64,000 bases of DNA, from NCBI RefSeq assembly GCF_001194135.2, contig NC_069003.1, forward strand, positions 33,383,853 through 33,447,852. Reading direction: 5' to 3'. This stretch comes from Octopus bimaculoides. Taxonomy: Eukaryota. The notes below the pieces were generated by a model. The model saw only the letters and a list, made by a program, of their open reading frames with translations. It did not search any database and was not told where the DNA came from. Each line of letters starts with the position of its first letter. The first letter of the stretch is position 1. Position numbers and translations under genes: made by a program. This document shows positions 37,345-48,872 of the stretch, one piece after another.

Positions 37345-37500
37345 TGTGGAGGGAATCTGTAGAAGGGGTAGACTGAGGAGGACGTGGGATGAAGTTGTGA
37401 AATATGACCTTCGAGTGTTGAGTCCCATGAAGGCAATGACAAGTCGCCAAGACATCTGGCGACTTGCTGCGCTTGGGAAGACACATCAATCTAAGTGAAA
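37345..37500 (+). mobile_element. RTE LINE 3' fragment
   Basis: VEGICRRGRLRRTWDEVVKYDLRVL. Confidence 0.75.
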
Positions 37501-38910
37501 TCATGGTCATGGCCAGTGTCAGTGACGTGTGAAAGGCAACCATGCCAGGGACACATAAGAGAAACCCAGTGGCTGTTGCTGAGTGGTTGGCATTAGGAAG
37601 GATATCCAGCTGTAGAAGTCAAGCCCAAAAAGACTGGAGTCTGGTGCAGCTCTCCACCTTACCAGCTCCAGTCAAACTAATTCATACCAGCATGGAGAAC
37701 AAGCATTAAAGGATGATGATGATGGTGATGAATCCTTTCTATTATAGGCACAAGGCCTGAAACTTTTGGGGAAGGGGGTTAATCAATAACCCCCCCCCAG
37801 TCCCCAATTGGTGCTTATTTCATTGACCTTAAAAGAATGAAATGCAAAGTCAACCACAGTGGCATTTGAACTCAGAACATAAAGACAGACAAAATGCTGC
37901 AAAGCATTTTACCCAGCATGCTAACATTTCTGCCCATGCCAGTTTAATTTAATTCGTCATTAGTCGAAAGACACCTCTTGTTAATGTCTGTTATTTACAT
38001 TTGTATTTGTGTACCATTTCTCTGTTTCTTTTTCCGTCCTTGTTTTTGTATACATTCGCTGTTTTCTTCCAAGGAATCTAGTGCTCTTAGCTTAGTTTTT
38101 TCCTTGGGGCTGGCCAGATTGGAGAAATCTCGAGTATAACCAGCCGAAATTGCAATGATAATCTGGAACTCAACTGAGGAAAGAAAACTCCAAATGACTC
38201 GTCCTTGTTTTTTCTTGTCCCGTTTTTGTATCATCCGTCTGGATGTTTTGTGCCTTTCACCTGTTACTTCTGCTTCACTGCTGCTCACTTTTCAGCCTGC
38301 AAACACCCATACCACTTTATCTGCTACTACTTTCCCCTAGTGTCCATTCTCCTCTCAAAGAAATCTTATTTTTGTTCCACTCCTTTACTTTTGTCTGCCA
38401 CTTTCCTCATTTAATCTTTGTATTGGTATATACACTCCATCTATATAAGTATATACAGAAATGAAGGGATGTGTGCGTGTGTATGTATATGTGTATATAT
38501 ACATATATGTATGCGTGTATATATAGATACAAATATATAAAGCACACGTGTGTGTATGTATGTGTACGTATGCATGCGCGCCTAACCCTCTTGACCGGTT
38601 GGTGTCTATCCAACCGTAGCTAAGCCTAGATAGTTTAAAACAATAGTTGTCCAATTAGATGAGAGGAATTAGCAGTATAAACAGATTAATCAACAGAATA
38701 CATTGTCTGCAAGTCGATGGATACTGCATATTCTCCTCCATTTTCTCATTGCTATATAAATTTAGGGTAAAATAACCCCCCTTTTACCCGCACCCACATA
38801 TTACACTTGGTATAACACTAGTGTAACAATAATTGGGTACCCTCCCAGCAGTATATTGGATAGATACTATCCCTTAGTGGGTTGAATCCTCAACCCCTAA
38901 CTCTCTTGGA

Positions 38911-38955
<45 letters not shown>

Positions 38956-39499
38956 TATATATATTTCATACATACGTATATATATACATATATACAAATA
39001 ATCAGACTGGAGCCTGGTGTTGCCATCCGGTTTCACCAGTCCTCAGTCAAATCGTCCAACCCATGCTAGCATGGAAAGCGGACGTTAAACGATGATGATG
39101 ATGATGATGATGATCTATGTGTGTGTGTGTGTGTGTATTACACAATGGGCTTCTTCCAGTTTCTGTCTACCAAATCTATTCCCAAGGCTTTGGTCAGCCC
39201 AAGGTTGTTGTAGAATACACTTGCCCCAGCTGTCACACATTGGGATGGAACCCAAGACCACATGGTTAGTGTGTGGTGAGGATTGATAAATAAAAGTGTA
39301 GAATTTTGCAGGTGCAAGTGTGGCTGTGTGGTTAAGGAGCTTGTTTCCTAACCATATTGTCTTGAGTTTAATCCCATTGTGTGACAGCTTGGGCAAGTGT
39401 ACTCTACTACAGCCTTGCACTGACCAAAGCCTCATGAGTGGATTCAGTAGACAGAAACTGAAAGAAGCCCATTGTACAAATATTATGTATGTTCTTTTC

Positions 39500-40240
39500 G
39501 ATTTTTAATCATTTAAATTCTTCCTCTGAAGAAGGAGCTTGTTTCCAACAAAGATACAAAGCTCCATCTTTGGAATGTAAATAATGAAAACAATGTCAGA
39601 TTTTAAACCTGAGAAAAGTCTTGCAGAGTCTTACTGTTCCACTTACAGATTGTATTTGCAACATGCGAATCAGTCAGTTGATTTTTTTTTCTGAAAATCC
39701 AAGCTTATCCAGACTGACAGGCATTTACTTACAAAATGAAGTGCGCCAATTATCATTGGTTTAAATGTAAATTAGTAATCCAGATATAGAAGCTAGAGGT
39801 TTCGAAACAGCTCTCCACAGTTATCGTCTTTCTCTTTGATTTAAAAAGCGATATTCACATCAGCAGGACAGCTGACCTCTGTGATGGTACTTACCTTCTC
39901 TTGTCTGTCCCCAAAAACAATATCTGACCTGTTATGCTTACACTTGACAGATGTTTTGATGGGAATGTTACACAAGCATTCCTTGTGCTGGTATTTATGT
40001 ATGTATTCAATAACAAGGGGGTTCTCTATATTTATTCCAGGGCAGTTTTTTTTTTTACCAAATGGCATTGTATATTGTTTTTGCAACTATGTCATGTCAC
40101 ATAGGGAAGTAGTTAGTACCTTGATGACATTTTTAGGCAGCTGCTAATCACATGTATGATGTCTTCCACAGAGATATGACATAATCTATATTTGTGGCTG
40201 CATCTTGGAATTCCAAGGGCTTCCTTGTCCTTATCTATGT
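39500..40240 (-). mobile_element. RLE-type (R4/Dong-like) non-LTR retrotransposon 3' end, degenerate
   Basis: Zinc knuckle RLCHISVEDIIHVISSC; endonuclease KHNRSDIV..DRQEK..TITEVSCPADVNI; C-terminal PMIIGAL...LQIQSVSGTV..CKTFL across frameshifts and stops; 3' UTR stem-loop 39533-39565. 40640-40880 may belong to it. Confidence 0.75.
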
Positions 40241-41348
40241 GTACGACTGTGTGTGTCTGTGTGTATCCTTGTCTTGACATCATGCGATGGTTGTAGGCAA
40301 GCATAGCCATCATACAAGTGGTGTTGGTTATCCTTCATCTCTCACAACAAACATGTCTGGCCATGAGGAAATATTATTATCTTGTATGGAAACAGATGAG
40401 GGTTAGCAACAGGAAGGGCATCCACCCCATAGAAAATCTATCCTCAACAAATTCTGTCTAACCAATGTGAGCATGGAGATGTTGATGTTAAAGCAATGGT
40501 GATATATGATGAATCTTATATGGATGTACACACTTTGCATGTTCTTCACCTTATATCACAAAATCTCTAATATTTAGATTGATTGATAAGGACTAAGATA
40601 TAAGGAATCTATCTTTTAAAGCTGTATATGGCTATGGTACGTCCAAAGTTTGCATCACCAGTTTGCAACTCCTATCTTGTTCAGCTTATCAATCTTCTGG
40701 AAACTGTTAAGGAATGTGCAACTAGATGAATAGTCTCCAAGTCTAATCTTTAAAATGTCTTTGGGGATGTCTTCATAGTAAATATGACAGAGTCTGCAAC
40801 ATTTACTTTGAATGGAACTGAAGTTAGCAATCTTAAAAAAAGTCCATATGCTAATTTTTAATTCCCTCAAGCACAAACAATGATTTCAACCGTTTGGCAA
40901 TTAAACTGTCCATATCCGGCCCAAATATTCTACCTCCTTTGTGTTCCAACTGGTCAGATCCAGCCACTCACACCTACTTAACAATATCATTCTGAAAATA
41001 AACAATCACAATGTCAAAATCTCAAAGCTGTGAGATAATGCATGACGAACTCAAAAGAATGAATAAATATGCATTACATTCGACAGAATCATCTGAGTGC
41101 TAAAGGGTTAATTACCCAACAGTTCTCTGTTATAATAAAGAACAGCAGAACAGCATGGTTAATTTCTGGAAGTTCAATTCACATCCGAAACCAGTTAATT
41201 TTACCTCACTTTTTTTAACACTGTTGAAAATGGTTGAGATCGCTTACCTCCAATCCCAGACTGGGGAAGTAGGATTGAAACAAAATAATTTTATTTGGCA
41301 CAAAGTTGCCATAATACTATATGAGGTATTAACTGAAGACAGAAAAAC

Positions 41349-41554
41349 TACATTATTTACAACAGATGGATTGGTGTCCTCACCTTGTTTGTTGTTATCA
41401 CAACATTTCGGCTGATGTACTCTCCAGCCTCCATTAGTCAAATAAAGGGTTGGGTTCGGAATTCCACCTGATGAAGGCTGGAGAGTACATCAGCCGAAAC
41501 GTTGAGATAACAAACAGGGTCAGGACACCTATCTGCCCATTGTAAATAATGTAC
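41349..41554. repeat. Penelope-like palindrome with hammerhead-ribozyme-like motif
   Basis: Arms 41349-41437 and 41468-41554 are inverted copies; plus arm reads CTGATGA-a-GGCTG...CAGCC-GAAACGTT. Confidence 0.7.
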
Positions 41555-41861
41555 ATAATACCTCATTTTAAAAATACAGGAAAGAAAAACTATACACGTA
41601 GTAGAAATATAAATACATTGTATATTATACAATTTTTGTTGTTTCTATTAAATGCGTTCGTTCTGGTGAAAAACTTGTTTTTACATTTAGAGATATTTAC
41701 AAAGTTTGTACACACATCAAAATATATACAACTTAATTTGAACAAATCAACATATATACATCAACTTGATTTATATATATATATCAACTTAATTTGTACA
41801 ACTAAGTATACGAAGAATGAACAGATGCAAACGAAAATCACACACATAGAGGAAAACGTCC

Positions 41862-43163
41862 TTAATTGTCGTTATATCTGGTGGACGGCATGACACCATA
41901 GGCAAGATCAGTCCGTACCTGCCATCGAAGAGAATGTCTCGGTTTTTGTGAGGGTATCACATAATTATTGGGCACGAAAGTTTTCCGTGGACGGCTTCCA
42001 ATGACGTCGTGTTTGGCAATTTTCTCTTTAATGCTCCACCGAAGGGCGTTGTGATTATTTTCACCGGGAGGCTTGTGCATGTTCCAGTAGTTCTGAAATT
42101 CGTGGAACCTGCTCACGGGGTCTGTCTTTCTGTTTTTCTTCAGCCTCGGCGGTGTTGGAGTAACTATAATTGAGGACCTGAACCGGCTATCACAAGAACT
42201 TTGGGATCTCTGACAGAATTGGCCGTCTCTGTTTGTTATCTCTCTCAGACGATTCTGGTACTCAGCAGGGTCAACGATACTGCTACAGCAACTGCCACAG
42301 ATACTACTTGTGGTACTGATACTACACACAGACTCACTTTTGTCGATATAACGTTTACCATCGGGGCCTTTGCGGGAGACCTTCCTCTTGGTAACATGAG
42401 TGTTTAGCAGTGGAGGTTTTCCGGTGTCGATTTGTGATGGTTTGGGGACGGATTCTTGTGATGAGAGGGAGGAGGAAGATGACGAAGGTGCAATATGACG
42501 AGTCCAAACGTTTTCTTTGTTCTTGGGTTTATCAAAACTATTTACCTGGTTTGGCTGCGGAACGTTTGTTCTGGCGAAAGTTCGAAGGAGATTCTCCTGT
42601 TTTTCATGTTCCGTTTCCGATCGATTAGTCAGTGGCTGTTGAGTGTGTGTGTATTGATGGCTAAGTGTCATTTCCGAGTGACCATCCACCTTATTGGCAC
42701 TGTTGAACAATTGGGAACTTTCAGCTGTGTTCTGGGGCCGATTGTGAGAAACGGTAACAGACGACGGGTCCATGGAATTAACAGAACGACGATCGCCTGT
42801 ATGAGGCAGACACGACTTATCGTCAACGTTCTTGGCAGTTCGTGATGTAAACGATGGAGAAGTTATAGAAATGGGTTCTGGAGGAGACGATGGAGACATT
42901 TTCAAACAAGTGTCAGTTATGTTGTTGAAAGAAGACGAAATCGAAGTGGATTTATCAACATTACGAAGAGAACTTGAGGTTATTTTTTTCACCAAATTCT
43001 TAAGTTCTTTTTGAAATTGACATAAACTACTTTGGTTGATATCTTTGATGCCATACCGAAAGAGTTCCTTTCTTATTTCTTCTTCTGTAAAATCCAACCG
43101 TGACTTACTGACATCGGAAGCCATATTTGTGTTATGATTAGTGACGCCCTCTACAGGTGCCAT
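41862..43163 (-). CDS. HYLS1: Hydrolethalus syndrome protein 1 (centriole/ciliogenesis) homolog, single coding exon; true start may be M14 (ATG at 43124)
   Basis: 433-aa ORF with FTEEEIRKEL N-motif, TKRKVSRKGPDG box and the HYLS1 C-domain (KTDPVSRF...W...PPGE..H..LRW...VPNNYVIPSQKPRHSLRWQVRTDLAYG). Possible acceptor cacctgtag at 43151-43152 ahead of M14. Confidence 0.93.
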   Translation of the reverse strand: MAPVEGVTNHNTNMASDVSKSRLDFTEEEIRKELFRYGIKDINQSSLCQFQKELKNLVKKITSSSLRNVDKSTSISSSFNNITDTCLKMSPSSPPEPISITSPSFTSRTAKNVDDKSCLPHTGDRRSVNSMDPSSVTVSHNRPQNTAESSQLFNSANKVDGHSEMTLSHQYTHTQQPLTNRSETEHEKQENLLRTFARTNVPQPNQVNSFDKPKNKENVWTRHIAPSSSSSSLSSQESVPKPSQIDTGKPPLLNTHVTKRKVSRKGPDGKRYIDKSESVCSISTTSSICGSCCSSIVDPAEYQNRLREITNRDGQFCQRSQSSCDSRFRSSIIVTPTPPRLKKNRKTDPVSRFHEFQNYWNMHKPPGENNHNALRWSIKEKIAKHDVIGSRPRKTFVPNNYVIPSQKPRHSLRWQVRTDLAYGVMPSTRYNDN

Positions 43164-44329
43164 CGAGAAAATAATTCCTGAGCAACTACAGGGGAGATAA
43201 CTATAACCATATTTATTTTTTTTCTTTGATGAATGAGTTGCAGGATTGTTCAGTTGGGCTGTGAGCTTGCAGAACCGTTAGTGTGTCGAACAAAATGCTT
43301 AGTAGCATGTCTTCCGACTTTACGTTCTGAGTTTTAATTCCGCAAAGGGATCTAGTCGGTTTGGCTGCCAGCATTTCAATAATAAAGGTTTACCGAAAGT
43401 TTTAAAATTTGGCACAATAATCTGGTAATTTTGTTTTATGTAAATAAATGCTTGTGTTAATTTATCCAAAAAATCTTATTTAGCTGTTATTTTTAGCACA
43501 CAACATAACCACCTCAATGCCCAATGACAAAAAGAAATGAACAAACAAACATTCAGGCATTCAATATGTAATTAATGCAAATGCGATAAACAACACGTTA
43601 TATGCGATAAGCACATTACAATTTTTGACAGAATGGTTTGGAAGAATTAGATGAAAGGTCTCCGGTACTAAAGTGCTTGTTTCACTTTTTCCAGAAAAAT
43701 GTTTTTGAAAAGTTATAGAGGTTTAAAAGTTTCATAATTTTCACCCAATCCGGAAACAAGATTTGGAAATTGTCCTTTTGTGCGTGGCAGCACGTCTTGT
43801 CAACAGTAAACAAAGCAAATAAATTGGGGTTGGGGTATTGAAATTAATAAAAAAATTAAAAAATTCCTACATCGTAATCTCCGATATCGAATACAGGATT
43901 CTGAAAAAATAAATAAAAAATTACGGAGATGTACTTGCATAGCAAGTGACCTGATCTGAGATGGTGTGCTGGAACGAAAACAATTGCAGCGTGGAAGGTG
44001 TTTATAAGTCAATTAAAATAACACACAAAAACCGTTAGATTCACTTCAACATTTAAATTTAATTTGTCAAAATATTTTCGTCGCTTTGAGACCGCGACCT
44101 GATCACTGACAAAATTCTGTGCTTGGTTCAAAAGTTATAGGGGGTACTCTTCTTGAATAGTACCGTTATAGGATGGGGTGTGTGGGGATTCCGAAGAAAT
44201 ACCGTTTTCTGTCTACAAAAAAGTGATTTAGAATGAATATATCTTAAATGTTGTGTGAGAAAAGAAATATATTCGGCAATTATAAGAGGGAGATAACTAG
44301 TCCACAACTTGTGGTTACCCGTTACCATC

Positions 44330-44650
44330 AACACCGCCGATTTCCAGTGGGTTTTGGTGGAAGTCAAACGTCACGTACTTCGCGGCACAAATTACACCAA
44401 TCTACGACTGTAGTCCACTCATGCACAGTATCTTATCGCAACATATCGCGTAATCATAAACGACCAAAACGATAGACCCACATTTCCCCATCTATAGCGT
44501 CACCACGTGTAGTGAGGCCACATGGTGAATTACAATTTTCGCAAGTGTACAACCACTGAAGAATATTGTCTCTTGATTCGACTAATTGAGTGGTATTCTA
44601 AGATTCCTCCAAGATTGATTCCCGTTTGAGGACATATTTCAGTGTAAGTA
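44330..44650. promoter_or_regulatory. CpG-rich putative bidirectional promoter (HYLS1 on -, unidentified + transcript)
   Basis: Local CpG enrichment, E-box CACGTG at 44504-44509, plus-strand donor cagt|gtaagt at 44644, minus-strand donor-like sites near 44316-44330. Confidence 0.4.
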
Positions 44651-44703
44651 AAGAATGAGAATCTAGTTGTCTCCCTCTTAATTTTTATTTACTTTTCTTA
44701 TCC

Positions 44704-44910
44704 ATGAATTTTTTTGAGGATGACCAAAAAACTATTGGATTCTGCCAGAATCGTGGTGTTCTGCCAACTACTGTGATATATCCACAATGTCGGGGTGAAT
44801 GCGTGTATAGAAAGGACCAACATTTCTGGCGATCTAGAAGGAGTTATACTGTCGCTAAATCTAAAAAAACTGCAGCAGTGTTGGTTTTTCTGTATCGGAC
44901 TTTCAAGGTT
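44704..44910 (+). pseudogene. Truncated Merlin/IS1595-type transposase N-terminus
   Basis: MNFFEDDQKTIGFCQNRGVLPTTVIYPQCRGEC...HFWRSRR resembles the Merlin N-terminal zinc-ribbon region; similarity stops at a SINE insertion. Confidence 0.55.
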
Positions 44911-45395
44911 CTTGTCTTCATAATACACACATTCATCATCATCATCATCATCATTGTCGTTTGACGTCCGTTTTCCATGCTGGCATGGGTTGGACGGTTT
45001 GACTGAGGACTGGCAAGCCAGAAGGCTGCACCAGGCTCCAATCAGATCTGGCAATGTTTCTACAGCTAGATGCCCTTTCTAACGCCAACCGCTCCGAGAG
45101 TAGTGGGTACTTTTTGCGTGCCACCGGCACAGAAGCCAGTCATGTGGCCCTGGCATCGATCACGTGCTTTTTACGTACTACCGGCACGGGAGCCAGTCAA
45201 GAGGCACTGGCATCGACCACGTTCGGATGGTGCATTTTACATGCCACCGGCACTGGAGCCAGTCGGGGGGGGGGGGCACTGGCCACAGCTACGATTTTGG
45301 TTTTACTTGACTTAACAGGTCTTCTCAAGCATATCATATCGCCCGACGTATCAAAGGCCGGACATGCAACACTAGCATCGACCATGTCTGCGATC

Positions 45396-45730
45396 TCACT
45401 TTAGTTGCCAGGTCTCCTCAATCACAGCATATCTCCAAAGGCCTTGGTCTCCTGCCATTGCCTCAATGAAGCCCAGCGTTCGAAGGTCGTGCTTCACCAC
45501 TTCATCCCATGTTTTCCTGGGTCTACCTCTTCTACAGGTTCCTTCCACAGTTAGGGTGTGGCACTTCTTCACACAGTTCTCATCCACACGGAGCTCATGC
45601 CCATACCAGCGTAGTCGTCTCCCTTGCACACCACATCTGATGCTTCTTATGTCCAACTTTTCTCTCAGGGCACTCACACTCTGTCATGTATCCACACTGA
45701 CATTACACATCCAGCAGAGGTAGGAGCNNN
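45396..45730 (-). mobile_element. RTE LINE 3' fragment
   Basis: RRLRWYGHELRVDENCVKKCHTLTVEGTCRRGRPRKTWDEVVKHDLRTLG. Confidence 0.85.
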
Positions 45731-46669
45731 NNNNNNNCACTCTGTCATGTATCCACACTGACATTACACATCCAGCAGAGGTAGGAGCTCTCTGAACTTT
45801 GCCCAGGCTATTCTTATTCTAGCTGCTACACTTTCAGAGCATCCACCCCCACTACAGACTTGGTCATCTAGATAGCAGAAGCTATCAGCTACTTCAAGTT
45901 TTTTTCCCCTGGCATGTGATGGAATCTATTTTCTGTACACACAAAAATTACCTTCCTGATTAACCTTCCTTTGATATTGCTGCACCTTTTATGTGTCCAT
46001 AGCTTACACCGGGTGCATCATATGGAGTTTCTACCTCCGCCTTTTCTACAGATTGAATAGGGACATCTACCTGAAAGGTTTGGTGATTGGTGAACCTTTT
46101 ATAATTCATACTGAAGTTTTACCTAGAGTGTGTATGCTAAAGAAGTTATTTGCGTATACCTTTCTTAATTCCAAAGGAAGAAAATCTTGCGGTGGACTCC
46201 AGCCATGGTTGCTAAGCCCCAAACAACTCTGCGTATATCTGTTGTATTGAATGCACAAGGGAAACATTTATGAAAATGTATACATAAAGAAGTTATGTTT
46301 GCAATTAGCTATATAATTGATAGCAAAATTTATATAAATATAAAATAAAATTAGATCCAGGTTTAGTCACAGGTTGATCAAGTTTGTAAAGTTTTAAACA
46401 GTTTTGCAACAACATAGTGTCTCGATACATTTTAATGAAAATGTGATAGAAAGAAATAATACCACTCTCTTTGGAAGAGAAATTCATTTTTGGTGGTGGT
46501 GAGGGAAGCATTTGTTTTATTATCACAATTTCCACAGCTTTCACCTGTAATCAATTCTTTTGCTAATCTTTTGACTGTTTGGACTTTTTTCCTAATTTTT
46601 AAACTTTGATTTTGTTTCTTTGACTATTAGAACTTTCTTTCCTAATTTTTTTAGAATTTGATTTTCAAG

Positions 46670-47557
46670 ATGGATTGTCCAAGATATGAAATGGCCCAAA
46701 ATTTATCAGAGAAGAATTTCATACAATATCTGAAAGACAATAGAATCATTTCGAATCAGAAGACATGTAGTTGTGGAAAGGAAATGAGCATAAGGCCTTC
46801 TCAGCGTGCCATAGATGGGGTGGTATGGAGGTGCCACAAGTGCAAGAATGCAGTGTCAATCCGTACCAACACTTTCTTGGAGAAGAGTAAGCTTTCTGTG
46901 TACAAAATTTTCAATCTTATTTTCGATTTTATTTTTGAAATGCCGGTAACCAGTTCCATGTCAGCAACCAATGTCAGTAAAGTCACAGCAATACAGTGGT
47001 ACGAGTATTGCCGTGAAATCTGTTCGCAGAAATTATTAAAAGATAAAAAAAAATTAGGTGGCCCGAATCATGTTGTAGAAATAGACGAAGGTTTAATGTT
47101 TCGGAGAAAAAACGAAGCCGGGCGTGTGGTGCATTCATACTGGGTCGTTGGTTTCTATGACAACACCCAGAAAAAAGGATACCTGCAACATGTTGGAGAT
47201 AGAAAAGCAGAGACACTGGAGGCACTCATTATAGACAACGTAGAACCAGGGTCTATAGTGTTTACAGACCAGTGGGCTAGTTACCGGAAGCTAGAAAGCC
47301 TAGGCTACATCCATGGGACTGTGGACCTCACTCAGAATTTTGGGGACCCAGAGAGTGGTGTAGGTGGAAATCAAGTGGAGGCGTACTGGAACCGAATTAA
47401 GAGAAGGCTGAAATACAAATTCACGTCAAGTGGAGACATGCGATGGTCGCACGTCAATGAGGCCATGTACAGAGAACTTTATAATATGACGTACGACCGT
47501 GCATGGGAGAATTACAAGACCTTCCTAAAACACGTGGCAGAAATTTATCCACAATGA
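46670..47557 (+). CDS. Intact Merlin (IS1595/ISXO2-like) DDE transposase, 295 aa
   Basis: Uninterrupted ORF: CxC...WRCxxC zinc ribbon, LGGPNHVVEIDE (D139), IVFTDQWASY (D200), NQVEAYW (E237); acceptor-like sites directly before ATG 46670. Confidence 0.9.
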   Translation: MDCPRYEMAQNLSEKNFIQYLKDNRIISNQKTCSCGKEMSIRPSQRAIDGVVWRCHKCKNAVSIRTNTFLEKSKLSVYKIFNLIFDFIFEMPVTSSMSATNVSKVTAIQWYEYCREICSQKLLKDKKKLGGPNHVVEIDEGLMFRRKNEAGRVVHSYWVVGFYDNTQKKGYLQHVGDRKAETLEALIIDNVEPGSIVFTDQWASYRKLESLGYIHGTVDLTQNFGDPESGVGGNQVEAYWNRIKRRLKYKFTSSGDMRWSHVNEAMYRELYNMTYDRAWENYKTFLKHVAEIYPQ

Positions 47558-48194
47558 TTTTCGAAAGGTATGTAAATGATAATTCTTATAACATATTTCT
47601 GTGTACTTTTTCGGGCATACCTACACAAGTGTGACTCCTTCAATTTTCTTTCATCACAACTATCTGAAAAATGGAAAATGATGGAATATGCATTGTACAC
47701 CCCAATCACAAAAATTTCATTAAAAGACATCCATTTTTCAGCATCGACTTTGTTTCTTCATAACTTCCAGAAAAATGGATACTTTTTAAAAAAATTTTTT
47801 CCTTTTTTTTTTCCACCCCTCCCTCACCATCCTACTCCAGACCGGTTTTGGCCTTTTTTTTTTTTTTTTTTGCACTTCAAAACCATAGCAGAAGCCTTTT
47901 TGGTAAAAAATATTTTTAAAATTGTTAATATTTTCAGAGGAAAAAGTGAGTGATTTAAGGGAGATTTGGCTGTTGTTTCTAGCACATCCTATGACAACCC
48001 TCCTCGTTTCTTTCTCACTCACGAATATGATGTTTTTCAATATTTTTCTCTCCATAAATACATTTATATGCTATGAAAAAAAATTTGAAAAATTGTAATT
48101 CTTTTGGCAACCTCACTCCTTGCTCCTCGTTGTTTCTGATTATAATTTAAAATATTGGAGAGCCTGAGAAGGTCATTGCTAGCAGAAAAGATGA

Positions 48195-48430
48195 ATGTCG
48201 CTGGCAGAAACATTAGCACGCCGGGCGAAATGCTTAGCGATATTTCATCTGCCGCTACGTTCTGAGTTCGAATTCCGCCGAGGTCGACTTTGCCTTTCAT
48301 CCTTTCGGGGTCGATTAAATAAGTACCAGTTACGCACTGGGGTCGATATAAACGACTTAATCCGTTTGTCTGTCCTTGTTTGTCCCCTCTGTATGTAGCC
48401 CCTTGTGGGCAATAAAGAAATAAAAAAAAG
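48195..48430 (+). mobile_element. tRNA-derived SINE family B (tggcagaaacattagcacgccgggcg...); copies at about 15662-15890, 25330-25500(-), 56985-57190(-)
   Basis: Multi-copy with gagttcgaattcc B-box and A-rich tail. Confidence 0.78.
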
Positions 48431-48872
48431 AAATAAGAAAGGATGAATGTAAATGATAATGCATTTTAATAGCATACTTTTCTGTTAGAAGTATTTTTTC
48501 TTACACACATACACAGCTTCTCTTGATTGAGGTGGGGGTGAAAATAAAGTCAGGTGGGGGGCTACTTGTGAAGGTATGCCATTTTTTCATGATAAATAAG
48601 TCTAATACGTTTTTTCCTTAATTTTGCAGGCTATGTCTTCCGCTCCACTTGAGTGCTTCCAGTGTTTTCTGCCTTTCTATCGACACCAAAATTAATTTCT
48701 CTTCCAAAGAGAGAGTGGCGTTATCCCTTTCTATCACATTTTCATTAGAATGTATCAAGACACTATGTTGTCTGTCACAAAACAGTTAAAACTTTTACTA
48801 TCTTGATTGATCTGTGACTAAACCTGGATTTAATATGATTTCATACAAACTTTGCTATCAGTTATATAGATA

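Noticed and set aside
38105-38205. GGCTGG...CCAGCC-GAAA and CTGAGGA motifs resembling ribozyme parts
   Set aside because: Core elements are not in hammerhead order or are incomplete; likely a degenerate repeat
39526-39565. CTGAAGA-a-GGAGCTT...AAGCTCC hammerhead-like stem
   Set aside because: No GAAA after the stem; better explained as the 3' UTR hairpin of the minus-strand LINE
39635-39925. Three strong minus-strand gtaagt donors suggesting a small-exon gene
   Set aside because: The region translates as a degenerate RLE retrotransposon ORF; donors are incidental
45678-45790. Exact 51-bp direct repeat flanking a 10-N gap
   Set aside because: Typical unmerged contig overlap (assembly artefact), not a TSD or biological duplication
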